Source of the DNA: an uncultured Gammaproteobacteria bacterium
GTDB lineage: Bacteria; Pseudomonadota; Gammaproteobacteria; PS1; Pseudothioglobaceae
Reading direction: 5' to 3'
Length of the DNA stretch: 64,000 bases
Assembly: GCA_902510115.1 (NCBI GenBank)
Contig: CABWZU010000001.1
Coordinates: 255 to 64,254, forward strand
Shown here: one piece after another, positions 8,936 through 19,385 of the stretch
Layout: each line of letters opens with the position of its first letter
How positions within the stretch are numbered: position 1 is the stretch's first letter
Program-made: the position numbers and the translations under genes
Notes under the pieces: generated by a model
What the model was told of the DNA's origin: nothing
The model's input: only the letters and a program-made list of their open reading frames with translations
Databases searched by the model: none

Positions 8936-9988
8936 ATGCCACTAATAGCACACTCCTCACTGCCTTCTTTTGAGCGCCTTAAGCAACAAGGGGAAACAAT
9001 TCTCTCTAAAGATAGGGCGGCCCATCAAGACATAAGAGAGCTTCATATTGGGCTTTTAAATATGATGCCTGACTCTGCACTCGAGGCAACAGAGAGGCAG
9101 TTTTTTCGACTCATTGGTCATTCTAACCAGGTTGCTCAGTTTTACATACATCCTTTTTCTATTAAGAGCATTCAAAGAGGCGCGGCTGCTACTAAACATA
9201 TTGAAAAGTATTACAAAACGTTTAATGAAATCAAGTCTCAGGGCCTTGATGCTCTCATTATATCCGGGGCAAATGTGTCACATCCTGACCTTGAAAGAGC
9301 ACCTTTTTTTAAAGAGCTTCACCAAGTAGTTGAATGGTCTTATGAAAATGTTACCTCAACCCTTTGTTCTTGCCTTGCTACACATGCTGTTTTAGAGTTT
9401 ATGTACTCTCAAAAACGTACGCCTAATGGTAAAAAACACTGGGGCGTTTTCCCTCATAAAGTGATTGATAGATCGCACCCCCTGGTTAAGGGTGTAAATA
9501 CTCGTTTTGATATTCCACACTCTCGCTTTAATGGAATCTCAGAAGCCCAATTCGAAAAGGCTGGAGCAAAGGTATTGGCTTCAAGCGCAGTTGGGGTTCA
9601 TTTGGCTGTGAGCCAAGATCAGTTTCGACTTGTTTTTTTTCAAGGCCATCCAGAATATGACTCAATTAGTCTTCTTAAAGAATTCAAAAGAGAAGTCTCT
9701 TTATATTTGGAAGGTGATCGTTCAGACTACCCTCCTTTTCCATCGAACTATTTGTCGCCACAAAACTGCGCTATTCTAGATGAGTATAGATCAAGACTTG
9801 AAAATAACTCAGCCACTATCAAAGAATTTCCAGAAAAGCTTGTCATGAAAACAATCGACAATACCTGGCATGACAGCGCTAGCGCCATTATCAACAACTG
9901 GATAGGGAGCGTATACCAGGTTACTAACGAAGACCTTAAGCTTCCATTTATGGCGAAAATAAACCCATTAAATCCGCTTGATTTATAA
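8936..9988 (+). CDS. metA: Homoserine O-acyltransferase, MetA family (probably succinyl-specific)
   Basis: HQDIRELHIGLLNMMP, catalytic Cys in STLCSCLA, PHSR and GHPEYD motifs. Confidence 0.92.
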   Translation: MPLIAHSSLPSFERLKQQGETILSKDRAAHQDIRELHIGLLNMMPDSALEATERQFFRLIGHSNQVAQFYIHPFSIKSIQRGAAATKHIEKYYKTFNEIKSQGLDALIISGANVSHPDLERAPFFKELHQVVEWSYENVTSTLCSCLATHAVLEFMYSQKRTPNGKKHWGVFPHKVIDRSHPLVKGVNTRFDIPHSRFNGISEAQFEKAGAKVLASSAVGVHLAVSQDQFRLVFFQGHPEYDSISLLKEFKREVSLYLEGDRSDYPPFPSNYLSPQNCAILDEYRSRLENNSATIKEFPEKLVMKTIDNTWHDSASAIINNWIGSVYQVTNEDLKLPFMAKINPLNPLDL

Positions 9989-9990
9989 AA

Positions 9991-11007
9991 GTGACAGAGC
10001 TAGCAAGGGAACTTTTAATTTGGTTTGAGGACAATGGAAGAAAAAACCTTCCATGGCAGTCCTCTCCTCCCAATATTTACCATATTTGGCTTTCTGAAGT
10101 TATGCTCCAACAAACCCAGGTTATCACGGTTATAGGATACTTTAATGCCTTCATTAAGGCTTTTCCAGATATGAATGCACTAGCTAGCGCCAAAGAAGAC
10201 AAGGTTATGGCGCTTTGGGCCGGGCTAGGATATTATAGCCGGGCTCGGAATCTTCATAAAACTGCAAAAATAATATCGTCTCAGTATGGTGGTGTATTTC
10301 CCAAAAGTCACTCCGAAATTGTTGCTTTACCCGGAATTGGGCCCTCTACCGCTGGCGCAATTTTGTCCCTAGGAAGCGGCCTTGAAGCGTCAATACTTGA
10401 TGGCAATGTTAAAAGGGTTCTTGCAAGATACCACAGGGTAAAAGGGCACTACTCAAAAACAACTGTTGTGAAGGAGCTTTGGAGACTAGCAAAGCTACAT
10501 ACTCCTTCAGAAAAAAATGCAGTTTATACTCAGGCAATAATGGATATTGGGGCAACAGTTTGTACGCCAAAAAAACCAAATTGCAGTATGTGCCCAATCT
10601 CACTTCACTGTGAAGCTTTTGTGCATAATGAACAGTTGTCCTTTCCAGAAAAAAAAATAAAGAGGCCTTCAAAACCTGAAAAAAACTTGGCTTTTCTGGT
10701 TTATGTCAATGAAAAAAATGACGTTTTTCTTACGAAAAGGCCCAGCCCTGGGATTTGGGGAGGGCTTTGGAGCTTTGAAGAGTGTCAAGACAAGAGCACA
10801 ATAGTCTCAAAAGCGATTAAAAAACATAATATAAGCGCAACTATTCTGAGGCGACTTGAAAAATTTAAACACACTTTCTCTCACTATAATTTATGGATCA
10901 CGCCAATAATAATAGACTCGCCTGGAGGCTCTAAAAACTACTTTCCAACAACGGTGCTAACTAAAGGGGTGCCTGCGCCTGTAAAAAAAATAATTCAGTC
11001 TCTTTAA
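9991..11007 (+). CDS. mutY: A/G-specific adenine DNA glycosylase
   Basis: SEVMLQQTQV, WAGLGYYSRARNL, HhH LPGIG, 4Fe-4S motif CTPKKPNCSMCP..C, HTFSH. Confidence 0.96.
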   Translation: MTELARELLIWFEDNGRKNLPWQSSPPNIYHIWLSEVMLQQTQVITVIGYFNAFIKAFPDMNALASAKEDKVMALWAGLGYYSRARNLHKTAKIISSQYGGVFPKSHSEIVALPGIGPSTAGAILSLGSGLEASILDGNVKRVLARYHRVKGHYSKTTVVKELWRLAKLHTPSEKNAVYTQAIMDIGATVCTPKKPNCSMCPISLHCEAFVHNEQLSFPEKKIKRPSKPEKNLAFLVYVNEKNDVFLTKRPSPGIWGGLWSFEECQDKSTIVSKAIKKHNISATILRRLEKFKHTFSHYNLWITPIIIDSPGGSKNYFPTTVLTKGVPAPVKKIIQSL

Positions 11008-11046
11008 AAATTAGTAACAGAATATTATCAACAGTAAAATACAATT

Positions 11047-11961
11047 ATGGAATTAATTAGAGGACTTCACAATCTTAAAAACCTATCTGGGTGTGTTCTA
11101 ACTATTGGAAACTTTGATGGGGTTCATGCTGGCCATCAAGAAATACTGAGAAAGCTTGTAAAAAAGTCCAAAGAACGAGGGCTCCCTTCTCTGGTTATTT
11201 CCTTTTCTGTAACTCCAGAAACTTTTTTTGGCAGGCAAAAAGCAAGAATTAGCAACTTCAGGGACAAACATTTACTACTTGAGTCGCTCGGAGTCGACAA
11301 GCATCTTTTGATTAGGTTTAGTCAGTCGTTTTCTGAACTCAGCGCTACTGACTTTGTCAATAAAATACTGCTAAAAAAAATTGGCATGCGTCACTGCTTT
11401 ATTGGAGACGATTTTCGTTTTGGAAGTGGGCGCGAGGGTGATTTTTCAATGCTAAAAAAAATGTCCATAGAAAAAAACTTTGCTATAGAAAAAATTAATG
11501 CGGTGTCAATTGATGGACACCGTGTAAGCAGCTCAGAAATTAGGAAGCTGCTTACTGAGGGCGACTTTAAAACTGCTGAAGTTTTTTTGGGAAGGCCTTT
11601 TTCAATAAGCGGAAAAGTTGCTAATGGAGACAAAATGGGCAGAACTATAGGTTTTCCAACAGCAAACATAGGCATAAAAAGAAAGCTTAGTCCGGTTTTA
11701 GGAGTATATAGTGTTCATGTTGAGCATGGCTCACAAACTCATATAGGAGTTTGTAATGTTGGAAAGCGTCCAACGATCGGTGGCACAAAAACCCTTTTAG
11801 AAGTTTTTATCTTTGACTTTGATCAAGAAATCTATGGCGATTATGTTAATGTTATTTTTATACAAAAGTGCCGAGATGAAAAAAAGTTTAGCTCTTTCGA
11901 TGAGCTTAGGAATCAAATACAAAAAGATGTCGAAAAAAGCAGGTTATTTTTTACAACCTAA
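11047..11961 (+). CDS. ribF: Bifunctional riboflavin kinase / FAD synthetase
   Basis: GNFDGVHAGH, SSSEIR, GRTIGFPTAN and RPT motifs. Confidence 0.96.
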   Translation: MELIRGLHNLKNLSGCVLTIGNFDGVHAGHQEILRKLVKKSKERGLPSLVISFSVTPETFFGRQKARISNFRDKHLLLESLGVDKHLLIRFSQSFSELSATDFVNKILLKKIGMRHCFIGDDFRFGSGREGDFSMLKKMSIEKNFAIEKINAVSIDGHRVSSSEIRKLLTEGDFKTAEVFLGRPFSISGKVANGDKMGRTIGFPTANIGIKRKLSPVLGVYSVHVEHGSQTHIGVCNVGKRPTIGGTKTLLEVFIFDFDQEIYGDYVNVIFIQKCRDEKKFSSFDELRNQIQKDVEKSRLFFTT

Positions 11962-11963
11962 TC

Positions 11964-13004
11964 TTACGATACTTTGAGCCTCCACGAAAGCTCTTCTCCT
12001 GCAAAAAAAGGAATCACTTTAGAGTCAGAAAAGTCATAGCTCTTAGGAACCGTCCAAGAATTTTTTTCAAGCATGATTGTTTCAGTACTTCGCTTCAAGC
12101 CATAAAAATCAGCTCCAAAGTGGGATGCAAAGCCCTCTAGCCTTTCGAGCTTATTCGCCTTTTCAAATGCCTCTGCATAAAGCTCAATCGCAGCGTGTGC
12201 ACTAAACACGCCGGCGCACCCACAAGCTGCCTCTTTTTCATATTGGTAGTGAGGCGCTGAATCAGTTCCCAGAAAAAACTTAGGATTTCCAGAGATTGCA
12301 GCCTCTATTAAAGCATCTTGATGAGGGGTCTTTCTTTTAAGAACAGGCAAGCAATAATAATGGGGCTTAATGCCTCCAACAAGCATGTGGTTTCTGTTAG
12401 CTAGAAGGTGGTGAGCTGTAATTGTGGCTCCTATTTTAGAGCCTGCCTGTACAACAAAGTCAACAGAGTCCTTAGTTGTAATGTGCTCTAAAACAATTTT
12501 AAGTTCGGGAAACTTTTCTACAAGAGGCTTAAGAATAGTCTCAATAAATACTGCCTCTCTATCAAAAATATCTATGTTGACATGGGCTACCTCTCCATGA
12601 ACTAATAGCGGAATGCCTTCTTTTTGCATTTGGTCCAGAGCCGAATAGGTATTTACCAAATTGGTGACTCCACTGTCTGAGTTTGTTGTTGCTCCAGCCG
12701 GATAGAGCTTCACTGCGTACACATGCTCTTCATTGCTTGCATCAATAATATCTTGTTTCGTTGTGTTGTCAGTAAGATATAAAGTCATTAAGGGGTTAAA
12801 GCCTGAGTCTCTTGGAAGTGCGCTGATAATATTTTCGCGATAAGCTAAAGCCTGTCCTGCTGTTTTAATTGGCGGTGACAAGTTTGGCATGACAATTGCC
12901 CTACCCATCTGCCTTGCTGTCATTCCTACAACCGAACTCATTGCCTGACCTTGCCTTAAATGAAGATGCCAATCGTCTGGCTTGGTCAATTTAATTTTCC
13001 TCAT
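11964..13004 (-). CDS. pyrC: Dihydroorotase (type II)
   Basis: [28 protein letters not shown] and GTDSAPH motifs. Confidence 0.97.
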   Translation of the reverse strand: MRKIKLTKPDDWHLHLRQGQAMSSVVGMTARQMGRAIVMPNLSPPIKTAGQALAYRENIISALPRDSGFNPLMTLYLTDNTTKQDIIDASNEEHVYAVKLYPAGATTNSDSGVTNLVNTYSALDQMQKEGIPLLVHGEVAHVNIDIFDREAVFIETILKPLVEKFPELKIVLEHITTKDSVDFVVQAGSKIGATITAHHLLANRNHMLVGGIKPHYYCLPVLKRKTPHQDALIEAAISGNPKFFLGTDSAPHYQYEKEAACGCAGVFSAHAAIELYAEAFEKANKLERLEGFASHFGADFYGLKRSTETIMLEKNSWTVPKSYDFSDSKVIPFFAGEELSWRLKVS

Positions 13005-13034
13005 CAGAGAACTAGGAGCAATAAAGTTTCTGGT

Positions 13035-15698
13035 TTAACCATGACACTGTTTATATTTTTTGCCTGATCCACATGGGCATGGATCATTTCTGCCAACTTT
13101 AAGATTTCTTTTGGGCTGTTGGCCTGCAGCTGAACGGCCAGGGGGAGGCGCGGTAAGTCGAACTTTTGGGACATTCTGGCTCTCTCTTTCCTCTAATATT
13201 TCTTTTTGTTGAGGGGCCACTTGCTCTAAATTTACACTACTTAAAGCTTTTACAATTTCTACATTGATTGTATCCAAAAGCTCAGTAAACATTTCGAATG
13301 ACTCACGTTTGTACTCCTGAATCGGGTTTTTTTGACCATAGCCGCGCAGATTTACACTCTGTCGAAGCTGGTCCATAACAGCTAAATGCTCTTTCCAGTG
13401 ATGGTCAAGCGCTCTCAACATTACTGCCTTTTCAAAGGTTCTCATAGTTTCAGCTCCAATGAGATTTTCCTTGGCATCGTGAGCAGTTTTAAAGCCTGAT
13501 TGAATCATTTCCAGCATTACATCAACATCCACTCCTTCATCAATCATTTTTTGTATGGGTATGTCTACCTGATAAGATTCAACTAAGGCTTTACTAAGCC
13601 CTTCAATATCCCAGTCATCCTCAAGGACTTGTGATGAAATATGTTGCGCAAAAAGATCACTAATAACTTCTGTTCTTACGGCCTCAAAGCGGTCTTTGAC
13701 ATCATTTTTACTCATTAGTTCATCTCTTAACTCATAGACAACTTTACGCTGATCATTTGCAACATCGTCATACTCTAGCAATTGTTTTCTAGCATCATAA
13801 TGCATGCCCTCTACTTTTCTCTGAGCATTAGCGATTGTCTTATTGAGCCAGCTATGTTCTAAAGCCTCACCTTCTTTCATTCCCAGCTTTTTCATCATAG
13901 TTGCTGTTTTTTCAGAAGCAAAAATTTTCATCAAACTGTCCTCTAGAGATAGATAAAATCTAGTTGAGCCAACGTCTCCTTGTCTTCCAGCTCGCCCCCT
14001 TAACTGGTTGTCCACCCTTCTAGACTCATTTCTCTCTGTGCCAATGATATGAAGGCCTCCTGCATTCAGAACAGCATCATGTTTGTCAGCCCAGGATAGC
14101 CTTTCTGACTCACTAGCACCTTCTAGAGGTCTTCCACCAAGGACAATGTCGGTTCCTCTACCAGCCATATTTGTAGAGATAGTTACAGCCCCAGGTGCAC
14201 CTGCATTTGCAATAATTTCAGCTTCACGCTCGTGCTGTTTAGCATTAAGAACTTCGTGTTTTATTTTGTTTTTCTTAAGAATATCAGAGACACTTTCCGA
14301 GCTCTCAATACTGCTAGTACCAACAAGCACTGGCTGGCTTCTTGCTTGGCAATCAATGATGTCCTTGAGGACTGCATCAAGCTTTTCATCCATGGTTCCA
14401 TATATCAGGTCCGACATATCCTCACGAGCTGATCTTGCATTTGGAGGAACAACTACAACCTCAAGCCCATAAATATCTTGGAGCTCTGTTGCCTCTGTTT
14501 CTGCAGTTCCAGTCATTCCAGCTAACTTGTCATAAAGCCTAAAGTAGTTCTGATAGGTTATTGATGCTAGGGTCTGATTTTCCTGTTTAATGCTTACGTT
14601 TTCTTTAGCCTCAATTGCCTGATGAAGGCCTTCAGACCACCTTCTACCCTCCATTGTTCTTCCAGTAAACTCATCTACAATAACAACTTCATCATTCTTT
14701 ACAATATAGTGGACGTTTTTTTGAAATAAAACATGTGCCCTTAGCCCTGAAATAAGATGTTGCAGTAATATAATATTACTCGCATCATAAAGGCTGGACC
14801 CTTCAGTTAAAGCACCTGCTTCTATAAGCATGTTTTCTGCAGTAACATGGCCATCGTCACTCAAAAAAACCTGTTTGTGTTTTTCATCGACTGTATAGTC
14901 TCCAGGAACAATAATTTCAGTTTCTTTTCCTTGGCCTTTCTCTGTCTGAAGAGTAAACTTGGGAATCATAGAATTGATTGCTTTATAAACCTCGCCATGG
15001 TCTCCCGATGGGCCTGATATAACCAAAGGAGTTCTGGCCTCATCAATTAAGATTGAGTCGACCTCATCGATAATTGCAAAAGACAGCTCTTGCAACATTT
15101 TTTGTTCACTTGAAAACGCCATGTTGTCTCGAAGATAGTCAAAACCAAGCTCATTGTTCGTTGCATAGGTTATATCGCACGAATACGCTTGTTGTTTTTC
15201 TTCTCCTGACATGCCTGAAATAGAGGTTCCTACAGTAAGGCCTAAGAAAGAAAAGACTCTTCCCATCCATTCAGCATCTCTTGAGGCCAAATAGTCATTC
15301 ACAGTTACGATGTGAACTTTGTGCCCACAAATAGCATTAAGATAGGCTGGCAGCGTTGCAACAAGGGTCTTTCCCTCACCGGTGCCCATTTCAGAAATAC
15401 ACCCTTCATGAAGAACCATTCCGCCAATGAGCTGAACATCGTAATGCCTTAAACCAAGAGTTCTTTGACTAGCCTCTCTAACGACAGCAAAAGCCTCTGG
15501 AAGAATACTTTCAAGGTTTTCTTTATTTTGAATCCGTTGCTTGAGGCTTTCAGTTATTGAGGATAGCTCGTCATCGCTCAAAGACTGCATGTCTTCTTCT
15601 AAAGAATTGATTTTAGCAACCTGGCTGCTATATTTTTTTATAAGCCGATCATTGCGTGACCCAACAATCTTTGATAAAACATTATTTATAATACTCAT
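13035..15698 (-). CDS. secA: Preprotein translocase ATPase SecA
   Basis: MGTGEGKT, DEVDSILIDEARTPL, QLRGRAGRQGD and the C-terminal zinc site CPCGSGKKYKQCH. Start moved to ATG 15698 (MSIINNVLSKIVGSRNDR) because the 15821 start overlaps the divergent gene. Confidence 0.97.
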   Translation of the reverse strand: MSIINNVLSKIVGSRNDRLIKKYSSQVAKINSLEEDMQSLSDDELSSITESLKQRIQNKENLESILPEAFAVVREASQRTLGLRHYDVQLIGGMVLHEGCISEMGTGEGKTLVATLPAYLNAICGHKVHIVTVNDYLASRDAEWMGRVFSFLGLTVGTSISGMSGEEKQQAYSCDITYATNNELGFDYLRDNMAFSSEQKMLQELSFAIIDEVDSILIDEARTPLVISGPSGDHGEVYKAINSMIPKFTLQTEKGQGKETEIIVPGDYTVDEKHKQVFLSDDGHVTAENMLIEAGALTEGSSLYDASNIILLQHLISGLRAHVLFQKNVHYIVKNDEVVIVDEFTGRTMEGRRWSEGLHQAIEAKENVSIKQENQTLASITYQNYFRLYDKLAGMTGTAETEATELQDIYGLEVVVVPPNARSAREDMSDLIYGTMDEKLDAVLKDIIDCQARSQPVLVGTSSIESSESVSDILKKNKIKHEVLNAKQHEREAEIIANAGAPGAVTISTNMAGRGTDIVLGGRPLEGASESERLSWADKHDAVLNAGGLHIIGTERNESRRVDNQLRGRAGRQGDVGSTRFYLSLEDSLMKIFASEKTATMMKKLGMKEGEALEHSWLNKTIANAQRKVEGMHYDARKQLLEYDDVANDQRKVVYELRDELMSKNDVKDRFEAVRTEVISDLFAQHISSQVLEDDWDIEGLSKALVESYQVDIPIQKMIDEGVDVDVMLEMIQSGFKTAHDAKENLIGAETMRTFEKAVMLRALDHHWKEHLAVMDQLRQSVNLRGYGQKNPIQEYKRESFEMFTELLDTINVEIVKALSSVNLEQVAPQQKEILEERESQNVPKVRLTAPPPGRSAAGQQPKRNLKVGRNDPCPCGSGKKYKQCHG

Positions 15699-15744
15699 TG
15701 AAGAACAAAACATTAGTTGACAAAACTGTGGTATTTTCTCATAT

Positions 15745-16053
15745 ATGCAAGATAAAACAAAAGAAAACCCTTCAAATTTTATGCCTGCTGGCAATCTAGG
15801 CCTGCTATTTGAAAAGGCCAAGTCTCACAATCACTTTAACGAACTTCTAAAGGCCTGCCTTCCTAAGGAGCTTGCTGGTCTCTCTCTTTGTTTAATTGAA
15901 AACAATACCGTCTTTCTAGTGGCAAAAAACTCATCTGTTGCCTTTCGGGCTAAAAAGCAAAAAAAACAGCTTTTGTCAGCCATAAAAAAAATCGAAGGCC
16001 TGTCTGCTGTTAAATTGATATCCATAAGTGTTGATGAAAAAAATACTAGTTAG
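15745..16053 (+). CDS. dciA: DUF721/DciA-family replicative helicase-operating protein
   Basis: About 100 aa, divergent from secA (the usual gammaproteobacterial position). KH-like pattern 'LKACLPKEL..LSL....VFLVAKNSSVAFR' and a basic C-terminus. Confidence 0.65.
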   Translation: MQDKTKENPSNFMPAGNLGLLFEKAKSHNHFNELLKACLPKELAGLSLCLIENNTVFLVAKNSSVAFRAKKQKKQLLSAIKKIEGLSAVKLISISVDEKNTS

Positions 16054-16135
16054 GTTGAATCATTTTTGCTTTTAAATTTTGCCTCTTTACATTATAATAG
16101 TGCGGTTTTAAAACTTAACATCGCCAAAAATTCAT

Positions 16136-16753
16136 ATGTCCGAACAAACTATTGATTTAAAAAAGAGACGTTTTTTGACAAAAGCAACTGGAGTTGTTGG
16201 TGCCGTTGGTGTTGGATTTGTAGCCTGGCCCTTCCTGTCAACTTGGAAACCATCCGCCAAAACTAAAGCGGCAGGTGCTCCAGTAGATGTAGATATTTCA
16301 AAGCTTGAGTCAGGCCAGCTTGTTCGCGTTTTGTGGCGAAAAAAGCCTGTTTGGGTTTTTAAAAGAGACGAGTCTGCTCTTGACGCTCTTAACTCTGAAG
16401 ATTTAATCAGCAATCTTGCAGACCCTGATGGAACTGGCAACTCTAAAAATCAGCAGCCAAAATATGTATCCTCTAATTATCGATCAATTGAGAACAAAGA
16501 AGCTATAGCCGTAATAGTTGGGGTTTGTACCCACCTAGGATGCTCTCCTACTTACAGGCCAGAGCCGGGTGCTTCTGACCTAGGAGGCGATAGCTGGAAG
16601 GGTGGCTTTTACTGCCCTTGCCATGGCTCTAAGTTTGACCTTGCTGGTCGAGTTTATGCTGGAGTTCCTGCTCCAACAAATCTGGAAATACCGCCATATC
16701 AGTATTTGACTGACTCACTTATTCGTATTGGCATTGATCAAAAAAACACATAA
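16136..16753 (+). CDS. petA: Cytochrome bc1 Rieske Fe-S subunit
   Basis: Tat motif KRRFL; CTHLGC and CPCHGS. Confidence 0.97.
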   Translation: MSEQTIDLKKRRFLTKATGVVGAVGVGFVAWPFLSTWKPSAKTKAAGAPVDVDISKLESGQLVRVLWRKKPVWVFKRDESALDALNSEDLISNLADPDGTGNSKNQQPKYVSSNYRSIENKEAIAVIVGVCTHLGCSPTYRPEPGASDLGGDSWKGGFYCPCHGSKFDLAGRVYAGVPAPTNLEIPPYQYLTDSLIRIGIDQKNT

Positions 16754-16762
16754 TTAAAGAGT

Positions 16763-17986
16763 ATGAAAAATAATCAAAGCTGGATAGACCAAAGATTTCC
16801 TCTTTCAAAGGTTTGGAATGAGCATTTAGCAGAATATTACACACCTAGAAACTTTAACTTCTGGTATTTCTTTGGGGGGCTTGCTGTACTTATGCTCGGC
16901 ATGCAACTTATTACAGGAATATTTTTAACGATGTACTATAAGCCAGATGCTGCTAGTGCATTTGCCTCTGTAGAATATATTATGAGGGACATAGAATGGG
17001 GCTGGTTAATTCGCTATCTACACTCTACTGGTGCTTCTGCATTTTTTGTAATTATATATCTCCACATGTTTAGAGCTCTTCTATACGGTTCTTATAAAGG
17101 CCCTAGAGAATTTCTGTGGATTTTAGGGATGCTTCTCTACGTTTTGCTCGCTGCAGAGGCATTTTTTGGATATGTCCTACCTTGGGGACAAATGTCTTTT
17201 TGGGGTGCTCAAGTAATTATCTCTCTATTTGGCTCTGTACCACTTATTGGTCCTGACCTGCTGGTATGGATCCTGGGCGACTATGCTGTTGGAGACGCCA
17301 CCCTTAATCGCTTTTTCTCTCTTCATGTTATTGTATTGCCTCTTCTTTTAGTGGTTCTGGTTTTTCTTCACTTGGTTGCACTTCACCATGTTGGCTCTAA
17401 CAACCCTGATGGAATCGAAATTAAAGAAAACAAAGATAAAGATGGCATTCCTAAAGATGGAATTCCTTTTCACCCCTACTTTACAATCAAAGATAGCATG
17501 GTCGTTGTCGGCTTCATATGGATTCTATGTGCTGTGATATTCTATGCCCCAGCCCTTAATGGTTACTTCTTAGAGCATGCCAACTTTGTCGAAGCAAACC
17601 CTCTTAAAACACCTGAGCACATTGCTCCTGTGTGGTACTTAACTCCGTTTTATTCAGTTTTAAGAGCTATACCGCCAATGTTTGGATCTCAATTTCCAGG
17701 GGTCTTGGCTATGTTTGCTGCAATTCTTATCTTTTTTGCATTGCCGTGGCTAGACCGGAGCCCAGTTAAATCAATACGCTACAGAAGCCCAATCTATAAG
17801 TGGGCTCTTGGTATTTTTGTTGTGAGCTTTGTTATGCTTGGTTGGTTGGGACTCAAGCCTGTAACGCCAATCTATGCTTTACTTGGAAGAATTGCAACGG
17901 CGCTTTACTTTGCCTATTTCATATTAATGCCTTGGTACACTTCAATTGGAAAAACAAAAGAAGTGCCAACAAGAGTGACGGAGTAA
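16763..17986 (+). CDS. petB: Cytochrome b
   Basis: WLIRYLHSTGAS, LPWGQMSFWGA, TLNRFFSLH and PVWY (PEWY variant). Confidence 0.97.
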   Translation: MKNNQSWIDQRFPLSKVWNEHLAEYYTPRNFNFWYFFGGLAVLMLGMQLITGIFLTMYYKPDAASAFASVEYIMRDIEWGWLIRYLHSTGASAFFVIIYLHMFRALLYGSYKGPREFLWILGMLLYVLLAAEAFFGYVLPWGQMSFWGAQVIISLFGSVPLIGPDLLVWILGDYAVGDATLNRFFSLHVIVLPLLLVVLVFLHLVALHHVGSNNPDGIEIKENKDKDGIPKDGIPFHPYFTIKDSMVVVGFIWILCAVIFYAPALNGYFLEHANFVEANPLKTPEHIAPVWYLTPFYSVLRAIPPMFGSQFPGVLAMFAAILIFFALPWLDRSPVKSIRYRSPIYKWALGIFVVSFVMLGWLGLKPVTPIYALLGRIATALYFAYFILMPWYTSIGKTKEVPTRVTE

Positions 17987-17989
17987 CCC

Positions 17990-18676
17990 ATGAAAAATTT
18001 AAAATCTCTAGCTCTTGTACTTTCTTTAGTTCCGCTCTCTTTCAGTGTCTTTGCAGCAGGCGGTAAGGTTCATCTTGACCATGCAGAAACAGACATCATG
18101 GACAGGGCCTCTCTTCAAAATGGCGCTAAACTTTTCATGAATTATTGCTCTGGGTGTCATGCAATCAGCTTTATGCGCTACAACAGAATAGGTGCTGATC
18201 TCGGCTTATCAGACGAGTTAATTACAGAAAACCTTATGTTTGCTGGGAATAAGCCAGGTGATACCATGGTTACTGCGATGCCAGAAGGGGCTGCATCTAA
18301 ATGGTTTGGAGGGGTTCCACCAGACCTTTCTCTAGTTGCAAGATCAAAAGGAACGGACTGGATTTATACCTACCTAAGAAGCTTTTATAATGATGAGGCA
18401 AGAATCTTTGGGGTCAACAACAAGGTTCTAGTTAATGCGTCAATGCCTGATGTGCTTTGGTCACTTAGAGAATCTCAATCTGAAGCTGAATTCGACAATA
18501 GCGTTCGTGATATTACAAACTTTTTAGACTACGTAGGTGAGCCAGCAAAGCTCATACGCTTGCAGCTTGGCAAATGGGTGCTCTTGTTTTTAGGCGTCTT
18601 ATTTATTCTTACTTATATGCTTAAAAAGGAATACTGGAAAGACGTCAAGTATGGCGTTTGGAGACGTCGCGATTAA
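17990..18676 (+). CDS. petC: Cytochrome c1
   Basis: Signal peptide, CSGCH heme site, PPDLS, C-terminal TM followed by KKEYWKDV. Confidence 0.95.
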   Translation: MKNLKSLALVLSLVPLSFSVFAAGGKVHLDHAETDIMDRASLQNGAKLFMNYCSGCHAISFMRYNRIGADLGLSDELITENLMFAGNKPGDTMVTAMPEGAASKWFGGVPPDLSLVARSKGTDWIYTYLRSFYNDEARIFGVNNKVLVNASMPDVLWSLRESQSEAEFDNSVRDITNFLDYVGEPAKLIRLQLGKWVLLFLGVLFILTYMLKKEYWKDVKYGVWRRRD

Positions 18677-18748
18677 TTTCTGATACAATCTTTCAACGCC
18701 TCCGTCAAGCAAAGCGCTGACTTGGCAATAACTTAACTGGTAAAAACT

Positions 18749-19378
18749 ATGCTATCAAAACCCAATCCCGCTTCAACCACCCTATACTCTGCATCACAAG
18801 AGCTTGAGTCTCATGCGGTAAGATTTATTATGGCGCACAAGTCAATCGAAAGAGAGGTTGTAGAAGTAAGCTTTGAAGAAATGCCCGAAGAGGTTTTAGA
18901 ACTCAACCCATGTGAAACACTGCCTACCCTTTTTGACAGAGGCATGGTTCTTTATGACCAGTCGGTCATCATGGAATATCTTGATGAGCGATTCCCGTTC
19001 CCCCCTCTTTTGCCCGTTGATCCAATTGAAAAAGCTGAAAAACGTCTTTTGATCTATCGTTTTACAAGGGCAGATGGCTGCTGGTATGAACTGGTTAACA
19101 CAATTCTTAATGGAAACAAAAAAGAGGCAGACGCAGCAAGAAAAACATTAAATGGAAACCTGTTAGAGCTGCTCCCTCTTTTTGCGCACAAACCATACTT
19201 CAAAAGCGATACCCTGACTCTCGTTGATGTATGTATCGCGCCAATCCTTTGGCGGCTTGACGTTTTGGGGATCTCACTCAGCGAAAAGGCTAAGCCAATC
19301 AAAGACTATGCAAACAGGCTATTTGAAAAAGAAGGCTTTCACGACAGCCTTACTTTTGCTGAAAAAGACTTCAATTAA
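18749..19378 (+). CDS. sspA: Stringent starvation protein A (GST-like)
   Basis: ELNP..TLPTL.DR and IMEYLDERFP.PPLLPVDP motifs; pet-sspAB synteny. Confidence 0.9.
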   Translation: MLSKPNPASTTLYSASQELESHAVRFIMAHKSIEREVVEVSFEEMPEEVLELNPCETLPTLFDRGMVLYDQSVIMEYLDERFPFPPLLPVDPIEKAEKRLLIYRFTRADGCWYELVNTILNGNKKEADAARKTLNGNLLELLPLFAHKPYFKSDTLTLVDVCIAPILWRLDVLGISLSEKAKPIKDYANRLFEKEGFHDSLTFAEKDFN

Positions 19379-19385
19379 AAGCTAA

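Noticed and set aside
15699-15821. 41-aa N-terminal extension of SecA in the ORF track
   Set aside because: It overlaps the divergent dciA-like gene, and SecA similarity starts at Met 15698.
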